Virus record (IMG/VR): IMGVR_UViG_3300028393_000019
Span: 124,001-188,000 of that record
DNA length: 64,000 nt
Strand: one strand, 5' to 3'
Numbering within the stretch: position 1 is the first letter of the stretch; the number at the start of each line of letters is the position of its first letter. The notes under the pieces were generated by a model that saw only the letters and a list, made by a program, of their open reading frames with translations, ran no database searches and was not told the origin of the DNA. A program made the position numbers and the translations under genes. Positions 39,957-48,494 of this stretch are shown here, piece by piece.

Positions 39957-40120
39957 TAAGACAATCAAATTCCAGTTACGTTGAATCGCAAAGACGCAGA
40001 CAAAAAGAAAAAGAAGCGATAGCTCGTGATAACTTAATCAAAGGTATGATAATAGCTCCTATATATTTGTTAGCTTGGTTTCCTATAGTGTGGATAATAT
40101 CTAAGGTATTTGGCAAATGA
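39953..40120 (+). CDS. 55-aa membrane peptide (not in ORF track)
   Basis: MIRQSN...IIAPIYLLAWFPIVWIISKVFGK; ATGA overlaps at both ends. Confidence 0.55.
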   Translation: MIRQSNSSYVESQRRRQKEKEAIARDNLIKGMIIAPIYLLAWFPIVWIISKVFGK

Positions 40121-40704
40121 AATTCTTAATAGTTGCGATAGTCATATCTATGGCCGGTTTGCAATGTTCAAACACTAAGGCTGCCGATAATACTATTATC
40201 ATCGATCAAATAGGTAGCGGCAACACGACTACAATAGTTCAAGATGGCAGTGGCAATACTGCCAGTGTAACAGCTGGATCTACTAGTGCTGTTGATTATA
40301 ATGTGTTTGCCATAACACAACAGGGTAATAATAAGACTGCAAGTATAGAACTAAAATCAGGAATTAATAACACATTTAATATACAACAAGATGGCACAGG
40401 TAATCATAATGCTAGTATACAAAACATGATCGGATCGGGTAATAATGTTACAGTAACACAGCAAGGCGCAGGCAATCATACTCTTACAGTTACCAATCCA
40501 AACAATGCTACTAACAATGGCAATACTGTAACAGCAACACAAACGGGCGGAACAGGCGCCGACAAAACATTCAATTTATATTTTAATGGTGCTACAGGTG
40601 CCGGTGTTACTATCAATCAAACTAATCCTACACAACCGGATCAAGCAGGTATGAACATACAATGCAATCCGTGTGGGTCAGGATGGAGCTATACTAAGTT
40701 TTAA
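40117..40704 (+). CDS. secreted curlin-repeat-like protein
   Basis: Signal peptide; I.Q.G.GN repeats. Confidence 0.75.
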   Translation: MKFLIVAIVISMAGLQCSNTKAADNTIIIDQIGSGNTTTIVQDGSGNTASVTAGSTSAVDYNVFAITQQGNNKTASIELKSGINNTFNIQQDGTGNHNASIQNMIGSGNNVTVTQQGAGNHTLTVTNPNNATNNGNTVTATQTGGTGADKTFNLYFNGATGAGVTINQTNPTQPDQAGMNIQCNPCGSGWSYTKF

Positions 40705-40801
40705 GAGATAAATAAAGTACGGGCACAAAATAGGGTGTCGCTGGAACCCGTAATCAGCACTGGACCATTTTGGTCCTTTTTTACCCCTGAAGGAGTCTGG
40801 T

Positions 40802-40933
40802 ATGAAAGTTAAAAAATTAGTAATGAAACTTAACAAAGCCGAAGTTGAGCATAATTTAAAGAAAGTTAAAGAGTTTTGGTTTAAGTTGTTAAAGAAAAGT
40901 TTAAAACACAAGCACACAGAATCAGTAAGATAA
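40802..40933 (+). CDS. 43-aa Lys-rich peptide (not in ORF track)
   Basis: AAGGAG RBS; MKVKKLVMKLNKAEVEHNLKKVKEFWFKLLKKSLKHKHTESVR. Confidence 0.55.
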   Translation: MKVKKLVMKLNKAEVEHNLKKVKEFWFKLLKKSLKHKHTESVR

Positions 40934-40951
40934 TTGTAACATTCTTGTAAC
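40934..40951 (+). promoter_or_regulatory. Pho-box-like direct repeat
   Basis: TTGTAAC-ATTC-TTGTAAC with 11-bp periodicity, upstream of the plcP-like gene. Confidence 0.55.
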
Positions 40952-40982
40952 AACAGTAACTCAATACTGCGATAAATATGGT

Positions 40983-41753
40983 ATGACACCGAAAACTTAT
41001 CGCAGTATTTTTATTTCCGATGTACACTTAGGCACACGCGACTGCCAAGCTGGCAAACTCAACAACTTTCTCAAACACAACACCTGCGAAACATTGTATC
41101 TTGTAGGAGATATCATTGATGCGTGGAAAATCCAACAAAACAAATGGCGATGGAAACAGGCGCATACCAATGTCGTTCGTAGGGTTCTTGGTCACGCTAA
41201 ACGTGGCACTAGGGTTGTATACGTGGCTGGAAATCATGACGAATTCCTGCGCCCGATGATACCATATGGATTTAGCTTTGGACTTGTAGAAATACACAAT
41301 CAAACCGAACACATAGGCGCAGACGGCAAGCATTATCTTGTTACACACGGAGATTTGTTCGACGGAATTACCCGACTCGCGCCATGGCTGGCGTTTTTAG
41401 GTGATAAATTATACGATCTTGTGCTAGATTGGAACAGTAGATTCAACTGGGTTCGCCACAAATTAGGCTTCGGTTACTGGAGTTTGAGTAAATATCTAAA
41501 GCATAAAGTCAAGAAGGCATCGGACTTTATGTTTCAATTTGAACGTAATTTAGCGGGCTACTGTAAGAAACGTGGCTATGATGGCGTGATATGCGGACAT
41601 ATACATCACGCAGAAATCAAACAAATAGACGGTGTTACTTACATGAATGACGGTGACTGGGTAGAAAGTTGTACAGCATTAGTAGAACATCACGACGGCA
41701 CCTGGGAAATTGTTACATGGACACAAGAAAATGACCGTACTACTACTGACTAA
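40983..41753 (+). CDS. PlcP/LpxH-family metallophosphoesterase (phospholipase C-like)
   Basis: ISDVHLG, GDIID, GNHD, HGDLFD, CGHIH, NDGDWVES. Confidence 0.85.
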   Translation: MTPKTYRSIFISDVHLGTRDCQAGKLNNFLKHNTCETLYLVGDIIDAWKIQQNKWRWKQAHTNVVRRVLGHAKRGTRVVYVAGNHDEFLRPMIPYGFSFGLVEIHNQTEHIGADGKHYLVTHGDLFDGITRLAPWLAFLGDKLYDLVLDWNSRFNWVRHKLGFGYWSLSKYLKHKVKKASDFMFQFERNLAGYCKKRGYDGVICGHIHHAEIKQIDGVTYMNDGDWVESCTALVEHHDGTWEIVTWTQENDRTTTD

Positions 41754-42609
41754 ACAAAAGTCCGGATATGAGCGCAAGAGGCTAGAGCATAGCTTTGCTG
41801 AGAAGAAAATGGATGTGTTGATCAGCCATCCTAGCAAATTTGACATTGTACTCACTAGCGTAGTAAGTCAAAGTGTCAAACATTTGGGCAAAGATTTCCC
41901 CTGGCCCGAATTGGTCTTGACTCGTTCAGGCGCTGGTGAAAATAGTTTTAATCTTGCACTGCTCAGAGAATTTGAACAAGCTCTTGTTCCTGTGATCAAT
42001 ACAGCTGGCAGTATTGAAATAGCCCGCGACAAACTGCGCACCAATCAAATATTGGCAAACAACGGCCTACATGTTCCCAGAACAATGATGTTTAGATTTC
42101 CTGTAGACTACGATCTAGTTGAAAAGGAAATTGGATTTCCTTGTGTTGTCAAAGTAGTTACAGGGAGTCAAGGTAATGGAGTTTACCTGTGCGATACTAG
42201 AAAAGAATTTAAAAAATTAATGGGCATTGCAATTGGCCTCGGCAACAAAAAAACTTTGATTGTACAGGAATATCTAAACGAGAGAGTTGGGGAAGATTTA
42301 CGTGTACTTGTAGTAGGCGGCAAGGTAATAGGCGCCATGCGTCGCATCAGTAACAACGATTTTCGTGCCAACATTAGCCAAGGCGGATATGGTGAACCAT
42401 TTAAAGTTACTGAAGAGATAGATTTTCTCAGCAGAGAAAGTGCTAAGATATTGGGGTTAGATATTGCAGGAGTTGACTTGCTATTCAACAAAGGAAGTTT
42501 TAGTATATGCGAAGTTAATAGCAATCCCGGATTCAAAGGATTTGAAACTTATTGCAATGTAGATGTAGCAGATGCTATAACAGAATACGTAAAGTTTAGG
42601 ATTCAATGA
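41731..42609 (+). CDS. rimK: RimK-family ATP-grasp ligase
   Basis: RDKL, FPCVVK..GSQG.GV, QEYL, DFRANISQGG, EVNSNPG. Confidence 0.88.
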   Translation: MTVLLLTKQKSGYERKRLEHSFAEKKMDVLISHPSKFDIVLTSVVSQSVKHLGKDFPWPELVLTRSGAGENSFNLALLREFEQALVPVINTAGSIEIARDKLRTNQILANNGLHVPRTMMFRFPVDYDLVEKEIGFPCVVKVVTGSQGNGVYLCDTRKEFKKLMGIAIGLGNKKTLIVQEYLNERVGEDLRVLVVGGKVIGAMRRISNNDFRANISQGGYGEPFKVTEEIDFLSRESAKILGLDIAGVDLLFNKGSFSICEVNSNPGFKGFETYCNVDVADAITEYVKFRIQ

Positions 42610-43607
42610 CAAAAACTATTTTAATTATCACAGATAATCTAAAGGACCAGATCAATGGTGTTGTTACGACTTACAAAAATATTGAGACGTGTGCTGTTCG
42701 TGACGGTTATAACGTTGTGGTGTTGGATCCCGGGTGGTTCCGCTACATTGATTGTCCTGGCTACAACGAAGTCAAGATTGCCTATCCCCGGAACCTCGGC
42801 AAGAAGATTGAGGAGATATCTCCGGATTATATCCATATCGCCACAGAGGGTCCTTTGGGTTTGTGGGCTCGAGCATATCTTTCATTGGGTAATATTCGCC
42901 ACAATACCGCTTATCACACTAAGTTTCCTGAAGGGCTCCGAAAGCTATTTGGCGTACCTGAGTCACTTACCTGGAGATTTGTACGCTGGTTTCATAAGCA
43001 TAGTGGCAAAGTTTTAACAACTACAGACTCAATGGTTAAGGAATTAAAGGCACATGGATTTGATGGCGAAGTTATTCCATGGACTCGTGGGGTTGATCGT
43101 ACAATCTTTACTCCAGCACTTAGAGAAGAAGTTCTAGCAAAATATTTGCTGTGTGTTAGCCGTGTGAGTAAGGAAAAGAATTTAGAAAAGTTTTTTGAGC
43201 TAGACTATCCTGGCTATTTAAAAATAATGGTAGGCGATGGACCTATGCTAGAAACTTACAAGAAAAAATATCCCGATGTACATTTTACAGGATTTAAAAC
43301 AGGTGTAGATTTAGCTCGATACTATGCCAACGCTGAAGTGTTTGTATTTCCTAGTCAATGGGAAACATTTGGTATTGTAATGATAGAAGCAATGGCCTGC
43401 GGAACTCCCGTAGCCGCGTTTCCATGTCAAGGTCCGGAAGATGTTATTGATCAAGGCGTAACTGGATTTATGAATGAAAGTCTAGAGGATGCTGTTACAG
43501 GTTGTTTACAATTAAACAGAGGTTATGTTGAAATGGGTAGTCAACGTTGGACTTGGGAAAAGGCTTGGCAAATATTCCGTGACAACCTAGTGGAAAAATC
43601 CAGATAA
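42606..43607 (+). CDS. GT4 glycosyltransferase (Agt-like glycolipid synthase)
   Basis: ITD...QINGVVTT, HIATEGPLG, YHTKFPE, ETFGIVMIEAMACGTPV. Confidence 0.88.
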   Translation: MTKTILIITDNLKDQINGVVTTYKNIETCAVRDGYNVVVLDPGWFRYIDCPGYNEVKIAYPRNLGKKIEEISPDYIHIATEGPLGLWARAYLSLGNIRHNTAYHTKFPEGLRKLFGVPESLTWRFVRWFHKHSGKVLTTTDSMVKELKAHGFDGEVIPWTRGVDRTIFTPALREEVLAKYLLCVSRVSKEKNLEKFFELDYPGYLKIMVGDGPMLETYKKKYPDVHFTGFKTGVDLARYYANAEVFVFPSQWETFGIVMIEAMACGTPVAAFPCQGPEDVIDQGVTGFMNESLEDAVTGCLQLNRGYVEMGSQRWTWEKAWQIFRDNLVEKSR

Positions 43608-43614
43608 ATACTGG

Positions 43615-45657
43615 ATGTTAAAGAAACTCATCCTAAGCCCGTGGACTGCACTGCTGACTCTAGTGTTGGTAGTGGGCATACGCATTGCAGATCCCTCATT
43701 TGTTGAAAGCGTACGACTACGCTATTTTGATACATTAATTGTAAACAAAGAACCAACATTTAATAATATTATCACGGTCAACATAGACGAAGCTAGTCTA
43801 GACAAATACGGCCAATGGCCACTACCAAGGGTTAACTATGCTGAAATTATTGAAGACCTTTATCATCGTAATGCTGGCCTTGTTGTGCTTAACGTGCTCA
43901 TGGCTGAGCGTGATCGTACTGGTGGAGATAGGGATCTGGCCTCCACTCTTAAACATTATCCGGTAATACTTCCTAGCGTTCCCAGTAATCAAACAAAGAA
44001 TACACCACGTGTTCCAGGCAGTGCTGTACTAGCACCAGAATGGTTAGATCAAATTGTTCAGTATCCTGGACTTGTTGCCAACATCTCAAGTTTAGAAAAT
44101 AGTGCGGCCGGTGTTGGTATTGTAAACACGCTACCAGAGATAGATGGTGTCAATCGTCGTATGCCTTTGATTGTGTCAGTTGACGGCAAACTTTATCCAT
44201 CAATGAGTTTAGAAACTCTGCGTGTGGCCGCAGGTGACACAACATTCCAAGTTAAGTTGTTTGAAGGTGGCGTTGAGAAAATGCGTATCCCCAAGTTTGG
44301 GCCTGTGACTACAGATAATCTGGGGCGTGTTTGGATTGATTGGAGTCAACAAAATCGTAGTTTTAGTTTGATTAACTTACCCAAAGATTTAGAAGGTGCT
44401 GTTGTTATAGTAGGACCTACAGCCGCAGGTATCGGTAATCCGTTACCAACTAGCAAAGGCGCAATATGGCCTCATGATGTACAAGCCGCTGTTATTGGCA
44501 CAATGATGAATGGAGTTGTTATACAACGGCCTGATTGGGCAGACGGTGCAGAAATATTGGGCTTATTGACCGCAGGTATTTTATTATTATTTTTAACAAG
44601 GTGGACTTATGTTGGTATTGGCGCAGGTGTTGTTATTATTGGCTCTATTATTCCTCTATGTGGACTCGCATATAGCAGTGGCTTACAACTCGTGGATGCG
44701 ACTGTTCCGGTCGGGGGCCTTGTTTTGGTTATGCTTCACGCTTATGGTGTTAAGTTTGTAAGTGAATACTTACAGAAACAAGCAATCAAGAAACAGTTTG
44801 CTGGCTATTGCAGTAAGGAAGTAGTCGAACTACTACAAAAAGATCCAGACTTGATCAAGCGTGGTGTACGTAAAGACGTAAGTGTCATGTTCAGTGATCT
44901 ACGTGGCTTTACTCCTATTGGTGAACATTACGGAGATGATGTTGCTGGCTTGGGCAAGTATATGAACGGATACATGGACAGCATTAGTCGTCCCATGCTA
45001 GATAATAATGGAATGATTATCAAGTACGTAGGCGATGCAAGTATGCACATACACGGTGCCCCTATTGAAGATCCTAATCACGCTAGAACAATAGTTGCTG
45101 TTGGACTTGAAATGCTAGACAAAGTAGACGAGTATACTAACATTATGGAAGCACAAGGATTGCCACCAGCCGCAATGGGTTGGGGTTGTAACTCAGGTAT
45201 TGGCTTTATCGGTGAGATGGGTTCAACAGAACGACACAGCTATGACATCTTGGGTGACATGGTTTCAACTGCGGCACGACTAGAAGCACGTTGTAAAGCA
45301 TATGGTGTATTGTGTATTATTGGTGCTGAAACATACAACCGTACTAAGGATGATTTCTTCTACTTGTATTTGGATAACTTACAACCAAAAGGTAAAACTG
45401 TAGCAGATGCTATCTATACAGCATTACGAACCAAAGGCAACGACTACAGTAAAGAACTTGCCACACACAATAAGATGCATATCCTGTACAAAGAAAAACA
45501 ATTTGATGCGGCTGCTATATTGTGTGGAGAATTGAAAGGCAAGTTTAGCGGACAAATGGACAAGTACTACAAAATGTGGATTGAACGCTGTGCGTTTATG
45601 AAACAGCAAGATCTAGGCGATGATTGGAACGGTGAGTTTATTGCTCACGAGAAATAA
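43615..45657 (+). CDS. CHASE2-domain class III adenylate/guanylate cyclase
   Basis: IDEASL..YGQWP CHASE2 domain, three TMs, FSDLRGFT, KYVGDA, AARLE. Confidence 0.92.
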   Translation: MLKKLILSPWTALLTLVLVVGIRIADPSFVESVRLRYFDTLIVNKEPTFNNIITVNIDEASLDKYGQWPLPRVNYAEIIEDLYHRNAGLVVLNVLMAERDRTGGDRDLASTLKHYPVILPSVPSNQTKNTPRVPGSAVLAPEWLDQIVQYPGLVANISSLENSAAGVGIVNTLPEIDGVNRRMPLIVSVDGKLYPSMSLETLRVAAGDTTFQVKLFEGGVEKMRIPKFGPVTTDNLGRVWIDWSQQNRSFSLINLPKDLEGAVVIVGPTAAGIGNPLPTSKGAIWPHDVQAAVIGTMMNGVVIQRPDWADGAEILGLLTAGILLLFLTRWTYVGIGAGVVIIGSIIPLCGLAYSSGLQLVDATVPVGGLVLVMLHAYGVKFVSEYLQKQAIKKQFAGYCSKEVVELLQKDPDLIKRGVRKDVSVMFSDLRGFTPIGEHYGDDVAGLGKYMNGYMDSISRPMLDNNGMIIKYVGDASMHIHGAPIEDPNHARTIVAVGLEMLDKVDEYTNIMEAQGLPPAAMGWGCNSGIGFIGEMGSTERHSYDILGDMVSTAARLEARCKAYGVLCIIGAETYNRTKDDFFYLYLDNLQPKGKTVADAIYTALRTKGNDYSKELATHNKMHILYKEKQFDAAAILCGELKGKFSGQMDKYYKMWIERCAFMKQQDLGDDWNGEFIAHEK

Positions 45658-46351
45658 GTTTTGCAAGTCCTAATAAACTAAAAAGTCTCAGCCACATATA
45701 ACCAATATCAAATTCAAACCAGCGGCGACTCAGTTTAACGCTTGCTGGATTAAGATGATGGTTATTATGAAGTTCTTCACCGCCCACCACAATGCCCCAA
45801 GGAACAATGTTGCGACTACTATCACGAGTAGTTCCGTTCTTGTAACCATACCAATGTCCTATACCGTTGATAACTCCAGCGGCCCAAAATGGAATCCATA
45901 TCATTTGCACACCCCACACTACAAATCCCCACGGTCCAAAGAACAATAGATCTATGATCAGCATTAGAAGAATACCGAGGCGGCTATGGGGTGTATAAAT
46001 GTTACGCTCAATCCAATCGTCAGGAGTACCTACTCCAAACTTGTTGACCATGTCTGTGTCTTTACTTGCTAGATGATAAAGGCCTGCACCTTTGAAAAAT
46101 ACACGAGCGATGCCGTATACGTGCGGGCTATGCGGATCACCCGCATTATCACTAAATGCATGATGCTTACGATGTATAGCCACCCATTGTTTGGTTACCA
46201 TACCAGTTGTAAGCCATAGCCATGCTCGCATGAAATGGCTTAGTATCGGGTTGAATGCGATTCCCTTGTGCGCTTGGCCTCTGTGTAAAAACAAAGTAAC
46301 GGAAACGATAGTGATGTGTGTGACTACAAGTGTGTATATAATTATGTTCAT
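45638..46351 (-). CDS. delta-9-type fatty acid desaturase
   Basis: His boxes HRGQAH, HRKHH, HNNHH. Confidence 0.92.
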   Translation of the reverse strand: MNIIIYTLVVTHITIVSVTLFLHRGQAHKGIAFNPILSHFMRAWLWLTTGMVTKQWVAIHRKHHAFSDNAGDPHSPHVYGIARVFFKGAGLYHLASKDTDMVNKFGVGTPDDWIERNIYTPHSRLGILLMLIIDLLFFGPWGFVVWGVQMIWIPFWAAGVINGIGHWYGYKNGTTRDSSRNIVPWGIVVGGEELHNNHHLNPASVKLSRRWFEFDIGYMWLRLFSLLGLAKLISREQ

Positions 46352-46363
46352 TATATACTTATC

Positions 46364-46522
46364 TTAGGAGCCGCCAACCAGTTTATTAAATGCAGGTTGT
46401 TTGCCATCTTTACGCGGTTTAGCAGTGCCACGCAGTTGCCCGGCAATACCTGCTTTTTGCCCAACTTTTGCTCCGGCAAAATAATATTTTTTTGCTTCGT
46501 TAGTAAATTCACTTGCCCGCAT
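46364..46522 (-). CDS. 52-aa basic protein (not in ORF track)
   Basis: MRASEFTNEAKKYYFAGAKVGQKAGIAGQLRGTAKPRKDGKQPAFNKLVGGS; overlaps the upstream stop. Confidence 0.6.
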   Translation of the reverse strand: MRASEFTNEAKKYYFAGAKVGQKAGIAGQLRGTAKPRKDGKQPAFNKLVGGS

Positions 46523-47141
46523 GTTTCTTCCTACCAGCTTTCATATTGGCTAACCAATGTGCTAACTGTCCTTTGCGTCCGCCTTGCTTGGCAGTTTTGC
46601 GCAGACTACTGACACTGGCTTTGGTATTGATACCATGGCGTTTGGCATCACCTTTGTCTTGGGGATTGCGTCCGTCAGCAAAGTTTTCCGGCAACGATCC
46701 GTATGCTTGTTGTTGTTTAATCCATTGTTCCAAGGCAGCATATTCGCTTGCACTAAATTGGGGTTGTTGTCCTTTAGCGTTGGCATCTTTAATACGCTGT
46801 AAGTACATTCTTATGTGTGGCGGGGGAACTGTGTCCAAGGCAGCTTTATCTGCAGCCACAGCCGCTCGCATTGTTGATAAACTACTAGTAGGTTTTGTTG
46901 CAGTTTTGACCACAGGCTTTGACAAGAAACTCATGAGTCCTTCATCTACATCTTGTTTTTCTAGATACCGTTTGACTTTGAGTAGTTGTGCTTGATTCAA
47001 GTCGTCTAAATGTTCTTTACCCGTCAACCTTTTGGTGAGAGCAAGAAAGCTGGGCTTGTCATCCCATTTTACACCTTTGGCATCGGCCAGGGTGTGTATA
47101 TTTTTGGGAGTTAGACCTTCTAGGATTTCTTTAACTTTCAT
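46509..47141 (-). CDS. modular basic putative head-packaged protein
   Basis: MKVKEILE start; modules separated by DVDEG and LPE; TAAATA 5 nt upstream. Confidence 0.65.
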   Translation of the reverse strand: MKVKEILEGLTPKNIHTLADAKGVKWDDKPSFLALTKRLTGKEHLDDLNQAQLLKVKRYLEKQDVDEGLMSFLSKPVVKTATKPTSSLSTMRAAVAADKAALDTVPPPHIRMYLQRIKDANAKGQQPQFSASEYAALEQWIKQQQAYGSLPENFADGRNPQDKGDAKRHGINTKASVSSLRKTAKQGGRKGQLAHWLANMKAGRKKHAGK

Positions 47142-47262
47142 ACAGCTATTTATTCAAGAAAAGGCCACACTTTAGGGATTGCCGGTAGCGAATCAGTTTT
47201 CCCAAGGCAGTGGCCGCCTATTCACATTCGGTAACTAGTACCGGTCCTAAGGTGAATTCTTT

Positions 47263-47598
47263 TTATTTTTTATTTTTGATATTGTCAGCTTCGTCCATGG
47301 CATCATGGAACTTGACGTTGGCTTGTGCTTCCACTATGGCAGTTTCCATAACACGATCTGATTCGATCATCTTGCCACGAATGGTCAGCACTGTGTTGAC
47401 TTTTTGATTCAAACGAATTAGGTCATTGTCCAACATGCGTACACGATCTATCAGTGCGATAAGCACAGTGTTGGCATCGTTGATAACAGGCTTGATTTCT
47501 TTGGTTGCCCATTCCCACACATACTTGATAATGAAACCCATTCCCACAGCCATTACTATGGGAAATCCGTACTTGTTGACTAGATCTACTACATCCAT
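47263..47598 (-). CDS. membrane protein (holin-like), paralog of 47925..48206
   Basis: GFP + TM + coiled coil; DRVRMLDNDLIR vs DNRVKTMNHDVIR. Confidence 0.65.
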   Translation of the reverse strand: MDVVDLVNKYGFPIVMAVGMGFIIKYVWEWATKEIKPVINDANTVLIALIDRVRMLDNDLIRLNQKVNTVLTIRGKMIESDRVMETAIVEAQANVKFHDAMDEADNIKNKK

Positions 47599-47738
47599 TA
47601 CAGCACCTTACCTAATACATATCCCACTACAAACACAATAGCACAGAATTTTAATAAATCTCTATCAGTCCAAATCTGATGATCGATACCAAATTCTGCT
47701 ATGCTTTGCGGCATTCTGTTTATTTTTTGTTTATTCAT
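47598..47738 (-). CDS. 46-aa membrane peptide (not in ORF track)
   Basis: MNKQKINR...KFCAIVFVVGYVLGKVL; coupled on both sides. Confidence 0.5.
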   Translation of the reverse strand: MNKQKINRMPQSIAEFGIDHQIWTDRDLLKFCAIVFVVGYVLGKVL

Positions 47739-47925
47739 TGCAGTTCACCTTGTGTCCTCGAGCAAATTGCTCTACTGGGTCCAACTTGACTAGCATACTA
47801 CGGCCGTCACGATTGACAACTTTGAAACAGTCGCCATGTTTCCAGCCCAGTGCATCTATGTTTAATTCGGGGTCAAACTTGATGTACTCGGGCTCTAGGT
47901 CCCAGTCGTAATCGTAATGCCTCAT
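47731..47925 (-). CDS. hypothetical protein
   Basis: Coupled ORF (TAATG). Confidence 0.6.
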   Translation of the reverse strand: MRHYDYDWDLEPEYIKFDPELNIDALGWKHGDCFKVVNRDGRSMLVKLDPVEQFARGHKVNCNE

Positions 47926-48206
47926 TAATCTCTCCTTGCATCGTTCTTGCCGTCTGCACGGCTGATACGGTCTACATCTGGCCGTAAGCCGAGAGCATTT
48001 GATACAATAGTGTCAATGCGGATTACATCATGGTTCATGGTTTTTACACGATTATCAAGTGCTGTGATAATACCAGCCATGCCCTTTACGCTACTAAGGA
48101 CACCTGCCAGTAACAACTTGATCGTTAGATACACAAAATAGCCGCCTGCTAGTGCTGCCGCGACAGGAAACCCAAGGTCCCCGATGATTTTGAAAATTTC
48201 GCCCAT
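47925..48206 (-). CDS. membrane protein (holin-like)
   Basis: LGFPVAAALAGGYFVY TM followed by coiled coil; TAAATA upstream. Confidence 0.65.
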   Translation of the reverse strand: MGEIFKIIGDLGFPVAAALAGGYFVYLTIKLLLAGVLSSVKGMAGIITALDNRVKTMNHDVIRIDTIVSNALGLRPDVDRISRADGKNDARRD

Positions 48207-48259
48207 TTCCGATTCGCTCCCGGTATAAAAGTATTTATGCTATTTCTAGCCAAAATGCA

Positions 48260-48288
48260 TTGCTATCTTGCTAGAAAGGATATATAAT
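48260..48288 (+). promoter_or_regulatory. sigma70-type promoter for the small basic ORFs and tmRNA
   Basis: TTGCTA-17-TATAAT. Confidence 0.65.
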
Positions 48289-48312
48289 ACTAACTGTACA
48301 AAGGAGAGCACT

Positions 48313-48420
48313 ATGCCGAGTCCTCGTAGAGTTTCGCAAATTTTAAAAGGTAAAAAACCACCTAGGCCAAAGACTGTAAAAGCTATGGCTAAACGGGTAG
48401 TCAGGAGAAAATCAAAATGA
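48313..48420 (+). CDS. 35-aa highly basic peptide
   Basis: AAGGAG RBS; MPSPRRVSQILKGKKPPRPKTVKAMAKRVVRRKSK. Confidence 0.65.
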   Translation: MPSPRRVSQILKGKKPPRPKTVKAMAKRVVRRKSK

Positions 48421-48488
48421 CACAAGGTCGCGTAAAATCAGTCAAAGCTAGAGCCAAACGTGCAACTCGTAAAGCACGTAACAAGTAA
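48417..48488 (+). CDS. 23-aa highly basic peptide
   Basis: AGGAG RBS, ATGA overlap; MTQGRVKSVKARAKRATRKARNK. Confidence 0.6.
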   Translation: MTQGRVKSVKARAKRATRKARNK

Positions 48489-48494
48489 TAGCAA

